DNA of 63,445 nt, counting the filler, from Octopus bimaculoides (taxonomy: Eukaryota), in NCBI RefSeq assembly GCF_001194135.2. It is 10 parts of 10 records of this genome, joined end to end, with 100 filler letters (N's around TTAATTAATTAA, not from the genome) between each part and the next. Parts side by side here need not be neighbours in the genome. Positions count along the whole stretch, not along the records: positions 1 to 18,765 come from NC_068982.1; positions 18,866 to 21,283 come from NC_069001.1; positions 21,384 to 25,624 come from NC_069002.1; 7 more parts are not named here. One strand, written 5' to 3'. The notes under the pieces were generated by a model. The model saw only the letters and a program-made list of their open reading frames with translations. It had not been told where the DNA came from and did no database searches. The position numbers were made by a program, and so were the translations under genes. Below are positions 12,736-25,620 of this stretch, piece after piece. Within the stretch, counting starts at the first letter, position 1, and each line of letters starts with the position of its first letter.

Positions 12736-14029
12736 GGCTTAAAATCTTCACTGCACTGTTTCCATTCATTCAAGGTAAACAAAATTATTGCAAATAACAA
12801 TTTTCTTTAGTAGTAGTTAACGGAAATAAGATATTACTTTATCATAGAAGAAATGTATTCCATCAACACAAAGTGGTTAGAAACTTAACTGTTAAAAATA
12901 GCAGCCAAATTTTCATCATATCACACTCTATCACTTAAAATAAAGAGAAATTGATATTGGATAATGTCATCCTAAATACACTGTCTTTCAGTTTGTTTGT
13001 TTTGTTTGTTTTTATTTGAAAAATAATGGAAATAATGAAGTCTACATTAATAGAATTTATTTATGAAAGATATTTAAATAACGGATATTAAAGTGTTAGA
13101 CCAACCAAAACAGTCTCTGGCCTAAGATTCTGGTATAATATCTACAAATACATCTGGGCGAATGTGATGTACATTTGATTGATATAACTGAAGAAGGGGA
13201 ACTAAAGCGAGAATAATGACATAAAACATGGTAAGACATCTATTTGATAAGAAATGATTGCCAAAGGAAAACAGGAGTAAAACTGATCAATCTCGTTGTT
13301 GTTGTTGTTATTGTTGTTGCTGCTGCTGCTGTTGCTGTTGTTGTTGTTGTTGTTGTTGTTCTTGTTCTTGTTGTTTATTCACAGGTAAACCCTCATCAAG
13401 AAGATATGATCGAAGTATTCCAAACATTCATCCTCAGACATGATTTCATCTTTAAAATGGTAGGATATGATATCTAAGAGGCTTTGTTGCTATTTCTAGC
13501 AGGTTGAACAACCCCATAGAAGCTTCCATCTTTTATACATGTAACAAAAACTTCTAATATCCAAAATATGAGTACTAAGCCATGACACAAAATGTCCAAT
13601 AAAATAGCGCTGCCATTGTGTTTCAAGACACATAGACATTAATGCTTGCTGCCATCAATTTCAATTATTCAAAGTCTACAGACAGAATTATTTTGTCCTC
13701 CTCTTTCTTTTGTGCATATAATGGACATAACTCCATACATTTTCAGTCTCTCTTACTAAAAAATTGTCATCACTACTTCGCTCAAGCAATTCTTCACAGG
13801 TATAATGCTGTGCTAGAAATGCCAACCTTCAACTTGGTAACACCAAAATTCACGCCTTTGTCTTGTTTTTATTTCCAATCTGATTCACACTAGGACAACC
13901 CTGTTACTACTTCTATGCTACAGTTTAATGCAAGCTTAGGGGTAGTTTTTTTCAAGATGTGGACCACAGAAGACATAGCTCATCATCACATAGGCCACAG
14001 TACTAAAAAAATTCAAGGTAATTTTCCAT

Positions 14030-14257
14030 TTAACCCTTTAGCATTCAGGTTATTTTGACAAATGTTTTGTTTATTTATTCACATTGTTTTGAGTTAATCA
14101 TGTATCGTCTTGTAGCTTTGAGATTTAAAAGGATATGAATGTTTATTTCTAGAATGACATTATAAAGTAGATGGGAGAGGTCAGATCTGGCTAGTTTGAA
14201 CATAAAGCAGTAGAATATTTTGGTTGGATATGGCCAGTTTAACTGCTAAAGGGTTTA
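14030..14257. mobile_element. piggyBac-like MITE
   Basis: TTAA-CCCTTTAGCA ... TGCTAAAGGG-TTTA termini. Confidence 0.7.
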
Positions 14258-14708
14258 GCATACCATTCAAAAAAATTCCATGGGCCACACTTTGCCCATA
14301 ACTGGTTTAAAAGTTACAGTTAGTGATGGCATGCTATTTAATAAAATATAACTATTTTCCAGTGAGGCAGGCATTTTTTTCTTCTTTTGTATCTTCAAAA
14401 CTATTCCAACCTAAGGCTGCACAGAACAAAAAAAATAATTTAAATGCTCTTAAAAGTGTAATAAAAAAGAAATGCACAGGAAAGCAAAATATATCTAAAT
14501 AAAATACAAATAAAGTATAATAAGTAACTTCATTATTAAGCAGCTATATGACTAAATTGGGAATTTTGAGATGATTTTATTGGCATAAGATGCAAATGTA
14601 AATTGCACTATATTGCAATTGTTGTAGTAAAGCATATGTTAGCTAATACTATTCTCTGAATCTAATGCCGAATGTCACTTTGAAAATATTTTTGCTTTTA
14701 TTCTTTAC

Positions 14709-14754
14709 CTGTTGTTTTTTTTTTGTTTTTTTCTTTTCTGTCTTTCATCATATC
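14709..14754 (-). CDS. Candidate 46-nt exon (same hypothetical gene)
   Basis: Acceptor TTATTTCTGCAG, donor CAG|GTAAAG, phases 1 to 2 fit the neighbouring candidates. The A-rich low-complexity content is suspicious. Confidence 0.25.
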
Positions 14755-15344
14755 CTGCAGAAATAATTTACTTTGATGAAGTTTATACTAAGCAAGCCTC
14801 ATGGTTTCTAGCAGGCAATCAATCCATCAGTGCAATACATTAAAATATTTTCAAAGGGCAGGAAATATTGCATAATAAATTGCATATGTATGCATATGTG
14901 TGTAAGCATGCATGGATGGACACACACTCTCTCTCACACACACATACTCATGTGTATGTGTGTGTGTGTGTGAGAGAGAGAGAGTATGTTGTATGCACAC
15001 AACTGCATTTTGTGGTTGTTGTTTTTGCTCTGTCAGTCTTGCCCTGTTGGTGTAGATTCATAACTAAAGATGTTCCATTTGTGACCATCCAACCTACATT
15101 TATATTTTTATCCCTCCAGAACTAAATTAACAAATGTCTTAATGCGTCTTTTGTCTTTTAATGCATCTTTTGTATGATATAAAGAAAGTTTGGTTTCTAT
15201 TTCTAGCAGACTGGATGACTCTTGTCATACAGCAGTAAAAACCTGGAGAAATCATAAGAAAATACATACAAAACATTTAAGATGGCTGTCAGTAAAGGAA
15301 TGGACAACCAAGCAGCTTACATCATATGACCAATTTTACATTAC

Positions 15345-15545
15345 TCTTTTACTTGTTTCAGTCATTTGACTGTGGCCATGCTGGAGCACCACCTTTAGTC
15401 AAACAAATCGACCCCAGGACTTATTCTTTGTAAGCCTAGTATTTATTCTACCAGTATCTTTTGCTGAACCACTAAGTAATGGGAATGTAAACACACCAAC
15501 TTCAGTTGTCAAAGTGATGGTTGGGGGACAAACACAGACACACAA
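15345..15545 (-). mobile_element. 3' half of SINE family A (interrupted)
   Basis: Reverse complement of 9850-10045. Confidence 0.8.
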
Positions 15546-15910
15546 ACACCGTCACCATCGTTACCAGTGTCGCCTTACTGGCAGTTGTGCCGATGGCACA
15601 TGGAAAACAACATTCGAGCGAGGTCGTTGCCAGTGTTGCTGGACTGGCTCCTGTGTAGGTGGCACGTAAAAAAACACCATTTGAGCATGGCTGCTGCCTG
15701 TACCGCCTGACTGGCCCTCATGCTGGAGGCACGTAAAAGCACCCACTACAATCTCGGAGTGGTCAACATTTGGAAGGGCTTCCAGCTGTAGAAATTATGG
15801 CAGGTCAGATTGGAGCCTGGTGCAGCCATCTGGTTCGCCAGTCCCCAGTCAAATCGTCCAACCCATGCCTGCATGGAAAGCGGACATTAAATGATGATGA
15901 TGATGATGAT
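15546..15910 (+). mobile_element. Repeat family D copy
   Basis: Matches 8135-8530; (GAT)n tail at 15892-15910. Confidence 0.85.
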
Positions 15911-16019
15911 ATATATATAAAAAATTAATGNNNNNNNNNNNNNNNNNNNNNNNNNNNNNNNNNNNNNNNNNNNNNNNNNNNNNNNNNNNNATATATATAT
16001 ATATATATATATATACACA

Positions 16020-16410
16020 TGGCTTCCGTGCTAGTGGCCCGTAAATAGCACCATTTTATCGTAATCGTTACCAGCGTTGCCTTCTAGCACTTGTGCTGGT
16101 GGCACGCTAGAAAATCATTCAAGCTAGGTGGTTGCCAGTGCCGTTGGACTGGCTCCTGTGCAGGTGGCACGTAAAAAACACCATTTTGAGCATGGCCATT
16201 GCCAGTACCATGTGACTGGCCCTCGTGCCGGTGGCACGTAAAAGCACCCACTACAATCTCGGGGTGGTTGACATTAGGAAGGGCTTCCAGCTGTAGAAAC
16301 TCTGCCAGATCAGATTGGAGCCTGGTGCAGCCATCTGGTTCACCAATCCTCAGTCAAATCGTCCAACCCATGCTAACATGGAAACCGGACGTTAAACGAT
16401 GATGATGATA
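16020..16410 (+). mobile_element. Repeat family D copy
   Basis: Matches 8135-8530; (GAT)n tail. Confidence 0.85.
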
Positions 16411-16555
16411 CATGTATATACAACAGGCTTCTTTCAGTTTCCATCTACCAAATCCACTCACAAGGCTTTGGTCGGCCCAAGGCTATAGGTGTCACGCAGT
16501 AGGACTGAACCCTGGACCATGCAGTTGGGAAGTAAGCGTTTTACTACACAGAGAT
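16411..16555 (-). mobile_element. 5' half of SINE family A
   Basis: CTTCTTTCAGTTTCCATCTACCAAATCCACTCACAAGGCTTTGGTCGGCCC is the reverse complement of 9755-9815. Confidence 0.8.
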
Positions 16556-16651
16556 AATCTTAAGCAAACATTTCACTTTCTGTATGAGGTTTAAAAAATT
16601 CTAACTGTAGGGAAACCCATTTGCAACAGCTTACTATCCCACCAGGGGGAT

Positions 16652-16732
<81 letters not shown>

Positions 16733-17307
16733 TCTCACTCTCTCCCCCCCCTCTCTCTCTCTGTTTCAACATGGCCAAAACTGGAGATAAGCACTGGTGC
16801 AGAACAAGGTCCTTGAAAAGAATACAAAGAAATAAATTTACAAATTATTATTATTATTATCATCACTCATCTCACTGATATTATCATTTTCATGTGTAGT
16901 AGCACCAGTGGTTGCAGCAACAGCAACAGCAGCAGGAGTGGGAGTAGTGGTAAGGGTGGTAGTTGGGCCTCAGATTCCTATGCTATCATAATAGTAGTAG
17001 TTGTAGCATTAGCCGCTGCAGCATATTATTATTATTTTTATTTTTATCATTATCACCATCACCACTACTACCATTATTATTATAATTATTACTATTTCCA
17101 TTTATTATTAAAAGATTTTACTAAATGTTCTTTATTTTCAACTTTTGTCTTGTACTTGAGATAATCATAAATTTGTGGTTGTTGGAGGAAATAGTTGGGT
17201 AGCAGCTTGGTGAATAAATCATATTCTACAAGTCTTATTATTATCATTATTATTATTATTATTGTTATTATTATTATTATTATTGTTGTTATTATTATTA
17301 TTATTAT

Positions 17308-17480
17308 TAAGGCAGCAAACTGGCAGAATCATTAGCACATCAAGCAAAATGCTTAGCAGCATTTCATCTGTCCTTACATTCTGAGCTCAAATTCCACCAA
17401 GGTTGACTTTGCCTTTCATTCTTTCGGGCTTGATGAAATAAGTACTAGTTACACACTGGGGTTGATGTAATTGACTAGCC
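17308..17480 (+). mobile_element. SINE family C copy following (TTA)n
   Basis: GGCAGCAAACTGGCAGAATCATTAGCAC..CTGAGCTCAAATTCC head. Copies at 4.1, 50.0, 58.2 and 62.7 kb. Confidence 0.8.
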
Positions 17481-17754
17481 ATTATTCAACATTTGGTAGT
17501 TTCAGGCAAATTCGTGATGCATTACCTGCTACATCTCCATGTTGCTGAGGTGTATGTAGCATTACGTGTTTTTTTTTATTGTTGTTGTTGTTGTTGTTGT
17601 TGTTGGGAGTATGCAAATTCTTCCCAGTGTTGTATTGCGCCAGTTTCTTTTTTTATGAGATGTGATGCAGTCCTTTGTTGTACTAGTGTTTGTATTGTGT
17701 GTGTAATGCTTTGCTGTTTCTTTTCAGATATCATCAGAAAAAGGTAATTAAAAT

Positions 17755-18022
17755 GACAGATCTCGATGTCATTGAACATTTATGGTGCATTTTAGAAAAA
17801 CAAGTAAGGAGTCGATATCCTCCACCATCATCACTACAAGAACTGGAGACTGTTTTAGCTGAAGAATGGACAAAAATTCCTTTGAAAACAATTCAAACTT
17901 TGTACTAGTCTATATCTTGTAGAATTCAAGCTGTAATTACTACCAAAAGCAGTCCTATCCCTTATTAAAATAAATTTGTTTGAAATTTTAAGGTGTTACC
18001 ATTATTTTGTCCAACCCCTTGT
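17755..18022 (+). mobile_element. Tc1 transposase C-terminus and right TIR
   Basis: DLDVIEHLWCILEKQVRSRYPPPSSLQELETVLAEEWTKIP resembles the Tc1 DD34E third motif; terminus TTTTGTCCAACCCCTTGTA. Confidence 0.85.
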
Positions 18023-18458
18023 ATATTTAGTCTTTCACAGTGGAAGTGGTTCCATGAAGGAATGAGGATTGAACTGAAGACTCATTAAATTCACTCTCCT
18101 AAACTACGAATGATATTAGTGCAAATTTACTTGATACCTCATCAAAACTTTTGATGTATTGTGAATGACATAACTTATATACATAAGAGTATAAGGTTGA
18201 CTTAACAATAATTACTAGAATATCAATATTATATGTAGTTGTGAGTGTGGTGGAGTGCATGTGTGTGTATGTGTGTGTGTGTGTGTGTGTGCGTGTGTGT
18301 GCATAATTTCTTAAGCTTTCTGCTAAAGCAGCTGCTAAAATAATGAATATCATCAACTATAAATACAAGTAGTAGATATGTAGATATGTGTGTATGAATG
18401 TATGTATATATTTATGTACACATATATCTATCTATCTATCTATCGATCGATCTGTCTG

Positions 18459-18493
<35 letters not shown>

Positions 18494-18494
18494 G

Positions 18495-18535
<41 letters not shown>

Positions 18536-18569
18536 TTATCTGGAAATGTGCTGTGCGTGAGAAGACCCG

Positions 18570-18765
18570 GCAAGCCAAGTGAGATCGTTGCCAGTGCCCC
18601 TGGATTGGCTCTTGTGCGGGTGGCACATAAGATGAACCATCCTGAGCGTGACTGTTGCCAGTACCGCCTGACTGGCCTTGTAGGGTTTTTGAGCGAGATC
18701 GTTGCCAGTGTCCCTGGACTGGCTCTTGTGCGGGTGGCACATAAAAGACACCATTTCAAGCGTGG
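18570..18765 (+). repeat. Subrepeat array of family D (truncated at gap)
   Basis: Two copies of GAGATCGTTGCCAGTG.CCCTGGA.TGGCTCTTGTGCGGGTGGCACATAA. Confidence 0.8.
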
Positions 18766-19137
18766 NNNNNNNNNNNNNNNNNNNNNNNNNNNNNNNNNNN
18801 NNNNNNNNNTTAATTAATTAANNNNNNNNNNNNNNNNNNNNNNNNNNNNNNNNNNNNNNNNNNNNGGTGGTGGTGGTGGTGGTGGTGGTGGTGGTGACGA
18901 TGATGGTTTTTGGCCAAAACTTTGAACGAATCAGGCAAACGCATAGTACAATAGCCAAGACTGAGGCGGATCAGTGTCCTCTGAGAAATATCTACTCGTT
19001 AGTGTGGCGATTCTTGGGTTTTAGACTCATTCCGTTACCCACTTGAACCGTGGTTGTTGTTTGTATTTGTAATTTTTCTTCTTTTTTTTTTGTAGCCATT
19101 TACTCTCTCTGTTACTGTCTTTCGAGACAGCTCTCGC

Positions 19138-19225
19138 CTGGAGAAAACTTCTTATGCTTCTCCAACCAGTCACAGATATCTCTGAAAAGTGCCGTACACA
19201 CTCCTTCTTCTGCTGAAGCATCCAT
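19138..19225 (-). CDS. Candidate first coding exon (ATG at 19225) of an unidentified gene
   Basis: MDASAEEGVCTALFRDICDWLEKHKKFSP. The upstream acceptor TTTTTATTTGGTAG and donor GATC|GTAAAT define a possible 65-nt intron at 19233-19297. The downstream donor is either GC-type (CAG|GCGAG) or ACA|GTAACA. Confidence 0.35.
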
Positions 19226-19593
19226 TATAAAACTACCAAATAAAAACATAAATTATCTCATTACTTCATTTAAATAACGTAGCACACTTTCATTTACGAT
19301 CGTTGAAATGGGAGAGAATATCAGAATAATATATAAGGAGTTATGCTTGAATTGTAAGTGACTCGATCAGAGAGCGTGTGTTTAAGCTGAAACAACTACA
19401 GCAAGGATGAGCCAAAGCTGTTCAATTTCCTTTAAATTTCAATTTTGACACCTCATAAAATATACTTAGAGTGAATTTAATAGCGCGCAAGTAGCTTTGC
19501 ATGCAGCTAATGGCTTTTTTACGATGCATCTCTAAATATATAAGGAACAATGATATATATTGGAACATGGCAGTAGGCAAACTGCGAAAAGAC

Positions 19594-19667
<74 letters not shown>

Positions 19668-20231
19668 NNNNNNNNNNNNNNNNNNNNNNNNNNNNNNNNN
19701 NNNNNNNNNNNNNNNNNNNNNNNNNNNNNNNNNNNNNNNNNNNNNNNNNNNNNNNNNNNNNNNNNNNNNNNNNNNNNNNNNNNNNNNNNNNNNNNNNNNN
19801 NNNNNNNNNNNNNNNNNNNNNNNNNNNNNNNNNNNNNNNNNNNNNNNNNNNNNNNNNNNNNNNNNNNNNNNNNNNNNNNNNNNNNNNNNNNNNNNNNNNN
19901 NNNNNNNNNNNNNNNNNNNNNNNNNNNNNNNNNNNNNNNNNNNNNNNNNNNNNNNNNNNNNNNNNNNNNNNNNNNNNNNNNNNNNNNNNNNNNNNNNNNN
20001 NNNNNNNNNNNNNNNNNNNNNNNNNNNNNNNNNGGAATATGGTGGATAAAATCAGGGTTAACAGATCCTCTTGTATTTTCTCCCATAAATTCTAAAATAA
20101 AATTTAGGATTTATGGTGGGTCAAAGTTGGGAGCAAAAACATGACAGTGAAGACATACAAGGTAACCGAACGAAAACAAACATGGAGGGTCGTTAGACCC
20201 GAACGAGAAGAAAATAGCAAACCTTGGAGAT

Positions 20232-20298
<67 letters not shown>

Positions 20299-20497
20299 TA
20301 CGAGGTGGTGTCAAAAGGTTCCCAGACTGGTTTGGTACCGTGCCAACAGATGGCAGCACACGTTTGCGTGTGCAGGGAGAGCTAGCAGTGACCTTCATGA
20401 GGCAGTGTACTGAGTGACATTGATGTATTTACCTCACAAGTTGTGAAATTTGTAATTTGTGATCACGTGTATGTTGCAGTCTGCGATTTTGTCATGT
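20299..20497 (+). mobile_element. Left end of a mariner-type element
   Basis: TA-CGAGGTGGTGTCAAAAGGTTCCCAGAC terminus of mariner TIR type, after (GATA)n. Confidence 0.6.
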
Positions 20498-21209
20498 TTC
20501 AGTCAATGGATAGCACATACATACATACATACATACATGCATACATATATGCATACATGCATGCATACATACATACACGCATACATATATGCATACATGC
20601 ATACAAACATATATGTCTAATTTTCGGTTCGTTATGTTTCTTGTTAAATTTTTCCGTTTGTTGTGTTCTTTTTATTCAATCCTTGATATATATACTAAGT
20701 GGGACCCGTGAAAATTCTACGGAACGAAAAACATTACGAGGAGATATTTAAGAAAGAAAAGATAATTTGCATTTTTATAGCATATAAAACTAATTGTTGC
20801 TTGTGCAATAAATGGTACGAAAATATACAATAACAATCCATACAATATTTAATACACATATCATTCATTAGTATTCAATTCTATTGAAACTGCATAATCA
20901 ATATATAATTGCATATTCCTTATTACGTAATATTTTATTATAATTATTTCACATTATACACAATTGATGTGCACAAAACGATATAGAGAATATACACAAT
21001 GTTATTATTTACGAGGTTTAGTTTCAATTCCATTGCAAATGAAAGGAAGTAAAATCCACAGCTATTTTGCTAAGATATTTCACTTCCAGCCTCAATAATG
21101 CTATACGATTTTGAAATTTCCCTCTGCCAAATACATTATATTTATTTATTTATTTCTCCCCTCTCTCTTTCTCTCTCTCTCTCTCTACTTATCTCTCTCT
21201 CTCTACCTA

Positions 21210-21240
<31 letters not shown>

Positions 21241-21242
21241 AC

Positions 21243-21283
<41 letters not shown>

Positions 21284-21689
21284 NNNNNNNNNNNNNNNNN
21301 NNNNNNNNNNNNNNNNNNNNNNNNNNNTTAATTAATTAANNNNNNNNNNNNNNNNNNNNNNNNNNNNNNNNNNNNNNNNNNNNTATATATATAGGTATGT
21401 ACATATATGTATGTATATATGCATATATTTATATATTATTTATATTATTATATGATCGAACGCCACGCATCCTTTTCTAAGTAATTTCATCTATATATAC
21501 ATATATATATTCGATTTCCTGCCTTCCTATAGAGAAGACGTGAATTTTTTTGTCTCATTCACTCTCCAATTAGCGTTCAAAATAATAATTTTTCTATCGT
21601 TTTGGTCTAACAGCCCTTACCGTTTGTTTTCACTGTTCTGTCTTGTTTTTACTGTCTTTTACTGTTTTGTTCTCACTGTCCTGTTCTTG

Positions 21690-21965
21690 TTTACACTATC
21701 ACCCTCCGCAAAAAATTCCAAATTTTATTTAATTTGCTTTGCGGGAAGGACTGTTCCAACGAAGTTGCGTATTGTCCTTGCCTTCGAAACGTGGAGTAGA
21801 TGGAAAAGGGACAACTGAAGAAGGGAAATATTCTTTATGTTGCATGTCTCGTTTCTCTGCTTTTTTTTTTCGTTGTTCGAAAAATGTTCGTTTTCTGTCT
21901 TCGTCTATATGTTTTTGTTTCTCATTGTGTTTAACGTTTTTTGTGATGTCCTGTACCCATATATG
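21690..21965 (+). mobile_element. Dispersed repeat family E
   Basis: CCTTCGAAACG..CTGAAGAAGGG..TTTATGTTGCATGTC..GATGTCCTGTACCCATATATGCAT, shared with 47075-47285 (+) and 53095-53230 (-). Confidence 0.75.
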
Positions 21966-22414
21966 CATGTATGTATGCATATAGATGTAGGTATGTAGGT
22001 ATATGTATGGATATATGCATATAATTATATATTATTTATGTTATTATATATATAGATATATATATATATATATACAAAGAGAGTTAGAGGTTGAGAATCC
22101 AACCCACTAAGGGATAATATCTATCCAATATACTGCTAGGAGGGTACCCAATTATTGTTACAATAGTGTTTTACCAAGTGCAGTCAGTGGGTGCGGGTAA
22201 AAAGGGGTTTTACCCTAAATTTATATAGCAATAAGAAAATGGAGGGGAATATGAGGTACTCATCAACTTGCAGACACTGTACTCTGTTGATTAATCCGTT
22301 TATTTTACAAGCAAACGGACAATAAAGACAATATACAGGCACTTACGACATACCATCATATCAACAATTAAAATTTCAAATTTAAAAGGACATCTATCAA
22401 CCGAAGAAGGGACA

Positions 22415-22550
22415 AAATCTTACAGCTGTTTCGGCCTAGCATTGGCACGTCCCATTCTGTCTATATAGCTCCAGTACGCTGGAGTGATTGGTAGATGAAA
22501 AGGATGCAATGGGGATACATGCATGATTCACTAGGCCTCTTCAGAGATTT
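22415..22550 (-). ncRNA. Type I hammerhead ribozyme with 91-nt insertion in stem II (family H2)
   Basis: AAAUCU CUGAAGA GGCCUAG [91 nt] CUAGGCC GAAA CAGCUG UA AGAUUU. All core nucleotides are intact; 6-bp stem I, 7-bp stem II, palindromic stem III, GUA site. Confidence 0.8.
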
Positions 22551-23696
22551 ACAAAATTCAATTCATGAATTTTGCAAAATTCAACTACAAATATAAAAAT
22601 ATATAAAAAAAAACATATAAAGAGTCATAAAATCTCATATATACATGCATATGCATGTATACATTACCATATACAGAAATACATGAATACAAAAACATAA
22701 ACACATGAATACCTATATGTGTGTTCAGATGTACATACAAAGATGGCTGTACATGCATACCAAAAGAGTCAAAAGTCACTGTTACTATATATGAGAGGAC
22801 AGACACATATATATATACCCACCCACACATACATACATACATACACATATGTATATATAAATACTCCCATACATACATGATCCCTGGTACAAACGTTTTC
22901 AGTTGCGTTTGGAAAGTAGTAACGGTGCAATGGTTCTTATCACTGTATTTTTATCACAATGTTCAGACATATATGTATATATATATATATATATTTGTTT
23001 ATATGCTAAACCTGTGGGGTACGAGTTCTCTATGTGGTGGAGGGGTCTATGTAGAAATTATTTCTTGAAGAATTGTTGAGATAATAATGTGTAGACATTT
23101 TAAACTGCGATGAGATACTTCGTTATTTTTTCGTTTATGGAGAAGATAGGGTTCTGCTAGTAGTGGGTATTTGGAATCCTGCTGGCATTTGGGGAGGGAT
23201 TATTTTTGCTGTTAAGTCCTCTCATCTAATTGGACATCTATTGTTTTAAACTGTCCTGGCTTAGCTACGGTTGGATAGCCACTAACCGGTCAAATGAGTT
23301 AGGCGTGAGTATACATACATCCACACATACGTGTGCATTTATATATTTATATACGTGCACACATACATATACATATACACACACATACATGCCTGTATAT
23401 ACTTATATAGATGGTATGTATATCCAAATACAAAGATTAAATAAGTTATTAAATAAATTATTAAGAAGTTTATATGCGGATGCAAATAAATATTCGTATG
23501 TACGTATACGCACATACACGACCACACTATAATCAGGGGTAAAGTAACAAAACAAAGCAATAACATAGTAACACTATAAGACTGCTCGTATTCCACTTCA
23601 TGTATGTTGGCGTTAAACGCTAAGATTACGTCTATAATACAGTCTTCGATTACATATTAAAACTCCTACACATTAAAATTCCTACACATATAAAAA

Positions 23697-24535
23697 GTAG
23701 GACCTTTATGATTTGACGGGCAACATTTTTTTATGTAGTGTTTTTGGTACCGAAACACTTTCAAACTTCGTATACTTGTATATTTTGTGGTATAGAACAG
23801 ATAAAAAATTTTGTATTCGAAGTTATTTCACGTTAAAAATTGTCTTATTTCGATAATTTCAACTAATCACTGACGTCTATTCAGTTGAATACAGTTTGTG
23901 CTGTGACGGTGTATATGGTATTAATCCCCGTTAGTTCTGACGTTTCCGATTAACTAGACTGTTCGTAAACAAAGGGGAAAAAGCCATCAAAATACTTGAA
24001 TTATTAATGCACCTTCACCAAGTGCTTCATTTCCTAGAAATAGCAGCCAAATCTTCTTCAAATCAAACACTAGTTTAGGGTTAGGGTTCGGGTTTNNNNN
24101 NNNNNNNNNNNNNNNNNNNNNNNNNNNNNNNNNNNNNNNNNNNNNNNNNNNNNNNNNNNNNNNNNNNNNNNNNNNNNNNNNNNNNNNNNNNNNNNNNNNN
24201 NNNNNNNNNATACGCACAGCGTAAATTATTATATAAACAATATATGCGTATAAATTACGATTAAACCGGATGAAATATGTCACAGGGAATAACACACTTA
24301 ACACCGGCTGTTTACAAAAGAGCACTGACTGTATTCAGCTGAATAGACGTCAGTGATTGGTTGAAATTACAGAAATACGACAACTTTAACATGAAATAAC
24401 TTGCGATGTACAATTTTTTGTTAAGAAGGCTAAGAGAAAAAGTTGTTTTGTATGACACATTCTACCAGTGTCCCAAGTTTGAAAGTGTTTCGTTAAGAAA
24501 ACAAGTGTTGGCCGTCAAATCACAAGGATCCAAAA
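23697..24535. mobile_element. Foldback/MITE-type element with ~200-bp imperfect TIRs
   Basis: 23700-23895 is the inverted counterpart of 24325-24535 (AATCACTGACGTCTATTCAG.TGAATACAG; GAAACACTTTCAAACTT; GATTTGACGG). Confidence 0.75.
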
Positions 24536-25410
24536 AGTATACCTATATGTTATCAAATTGCAGTTATTTTAGGTAAAAATACGATCAAAAGCTATTGCAC
24601 CCGACCCATTGTCTTAGATTATGCTTAAAAATTTCTTATGTCTGACAGCAGGATTCCGTAGAGTCACTTAACTAATAAACCTCTAAGGCAGTTATTCATA
24701 AACTCAGTGATTCACGTGTAAGTATATCTCATCATTTCTACTGTTAAATTTATATATGGGACACTATTTATTATAGAGACAAGAGTGGATGGGGGTAGTC
24801 CTAAAATTTGAGTATCTTTCATAACTTACTATTCTAGCTATTAATTAACCAATACATCAGTTCATTCATCAATCAGCCAATCCTTCACCTACTCAAATGA
24901 GTAAATAATTAATTGACTAAACAATCAATCGATGAATAAATCAGTCCAAACCCTGGCTAAAAGTAGCGTTGAGTACCAGAGTCCATAGCCAGTAATAGAC
25001 ACTCACCCACACATCTTTATATATATATACACACTCAAACGTACACACACACATATATACACATATACACGTACACACTCACACAACCACACACACACCT
25101 GCATACATATACATATAAGTCTACCTACACATCCACATAACTGTATTCATACATCAGTATATACATCTACATGTGCATGCAGGCATATAATACATACTTA
25201 ATTGTCAATACGCACGCACATACATACCCAGATATAATGCATACCCACCTACAACTACATATATGTGTACATATAGATGCATATATCTTAATACATACAT
25301 CTACAAGCATATGATATACCCATAAATGATTGTAAATATATAGGTACACATACACCTACACATGGTGGTTGTTGTCTACTCCTTAAACAGAGTTTGACCA
25401 CCTCCTGCAC

Positions 25411-25620
25411 CTACACCTTAGCCCTTTCATGGCGTCTGATGTGGCTTTTTAAACCAGACAGTGTTTTGAAAAAACACCCACACAGATTGCACCTCTGATT
25501 TGCACTACCAATACCTGCAAGTAAGTTCTGCTCATTGTGGATCCTAACATGTCTTTTAAGACCCCCATTGGATTTGCAAACCCTCTGGCACACACCACAT
25601 TCAAACGTGTGCACAGACAT
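25411..25620 (-). CDS. Two C2H2 zinc fingers at an ORF C-terminus, probably the 3' end of an RTE-type LINE
   Basis: ECGVCQRVCKSNGGLKRHVRIH and RCNLCGCFFKTLSGLKSHIRRH with no TGEKP linker. The stop is followed by a short tail and microsatellite; the 5' side is cut by a gap. Confidence 0.65.
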   Translation of the reverse strand: MSVHTFECGVCQRVCKSNGGLKRHVRIHNEQNLLAGIGSANQRCNLCGCFFKTLSGLKSHIRRHERAKV

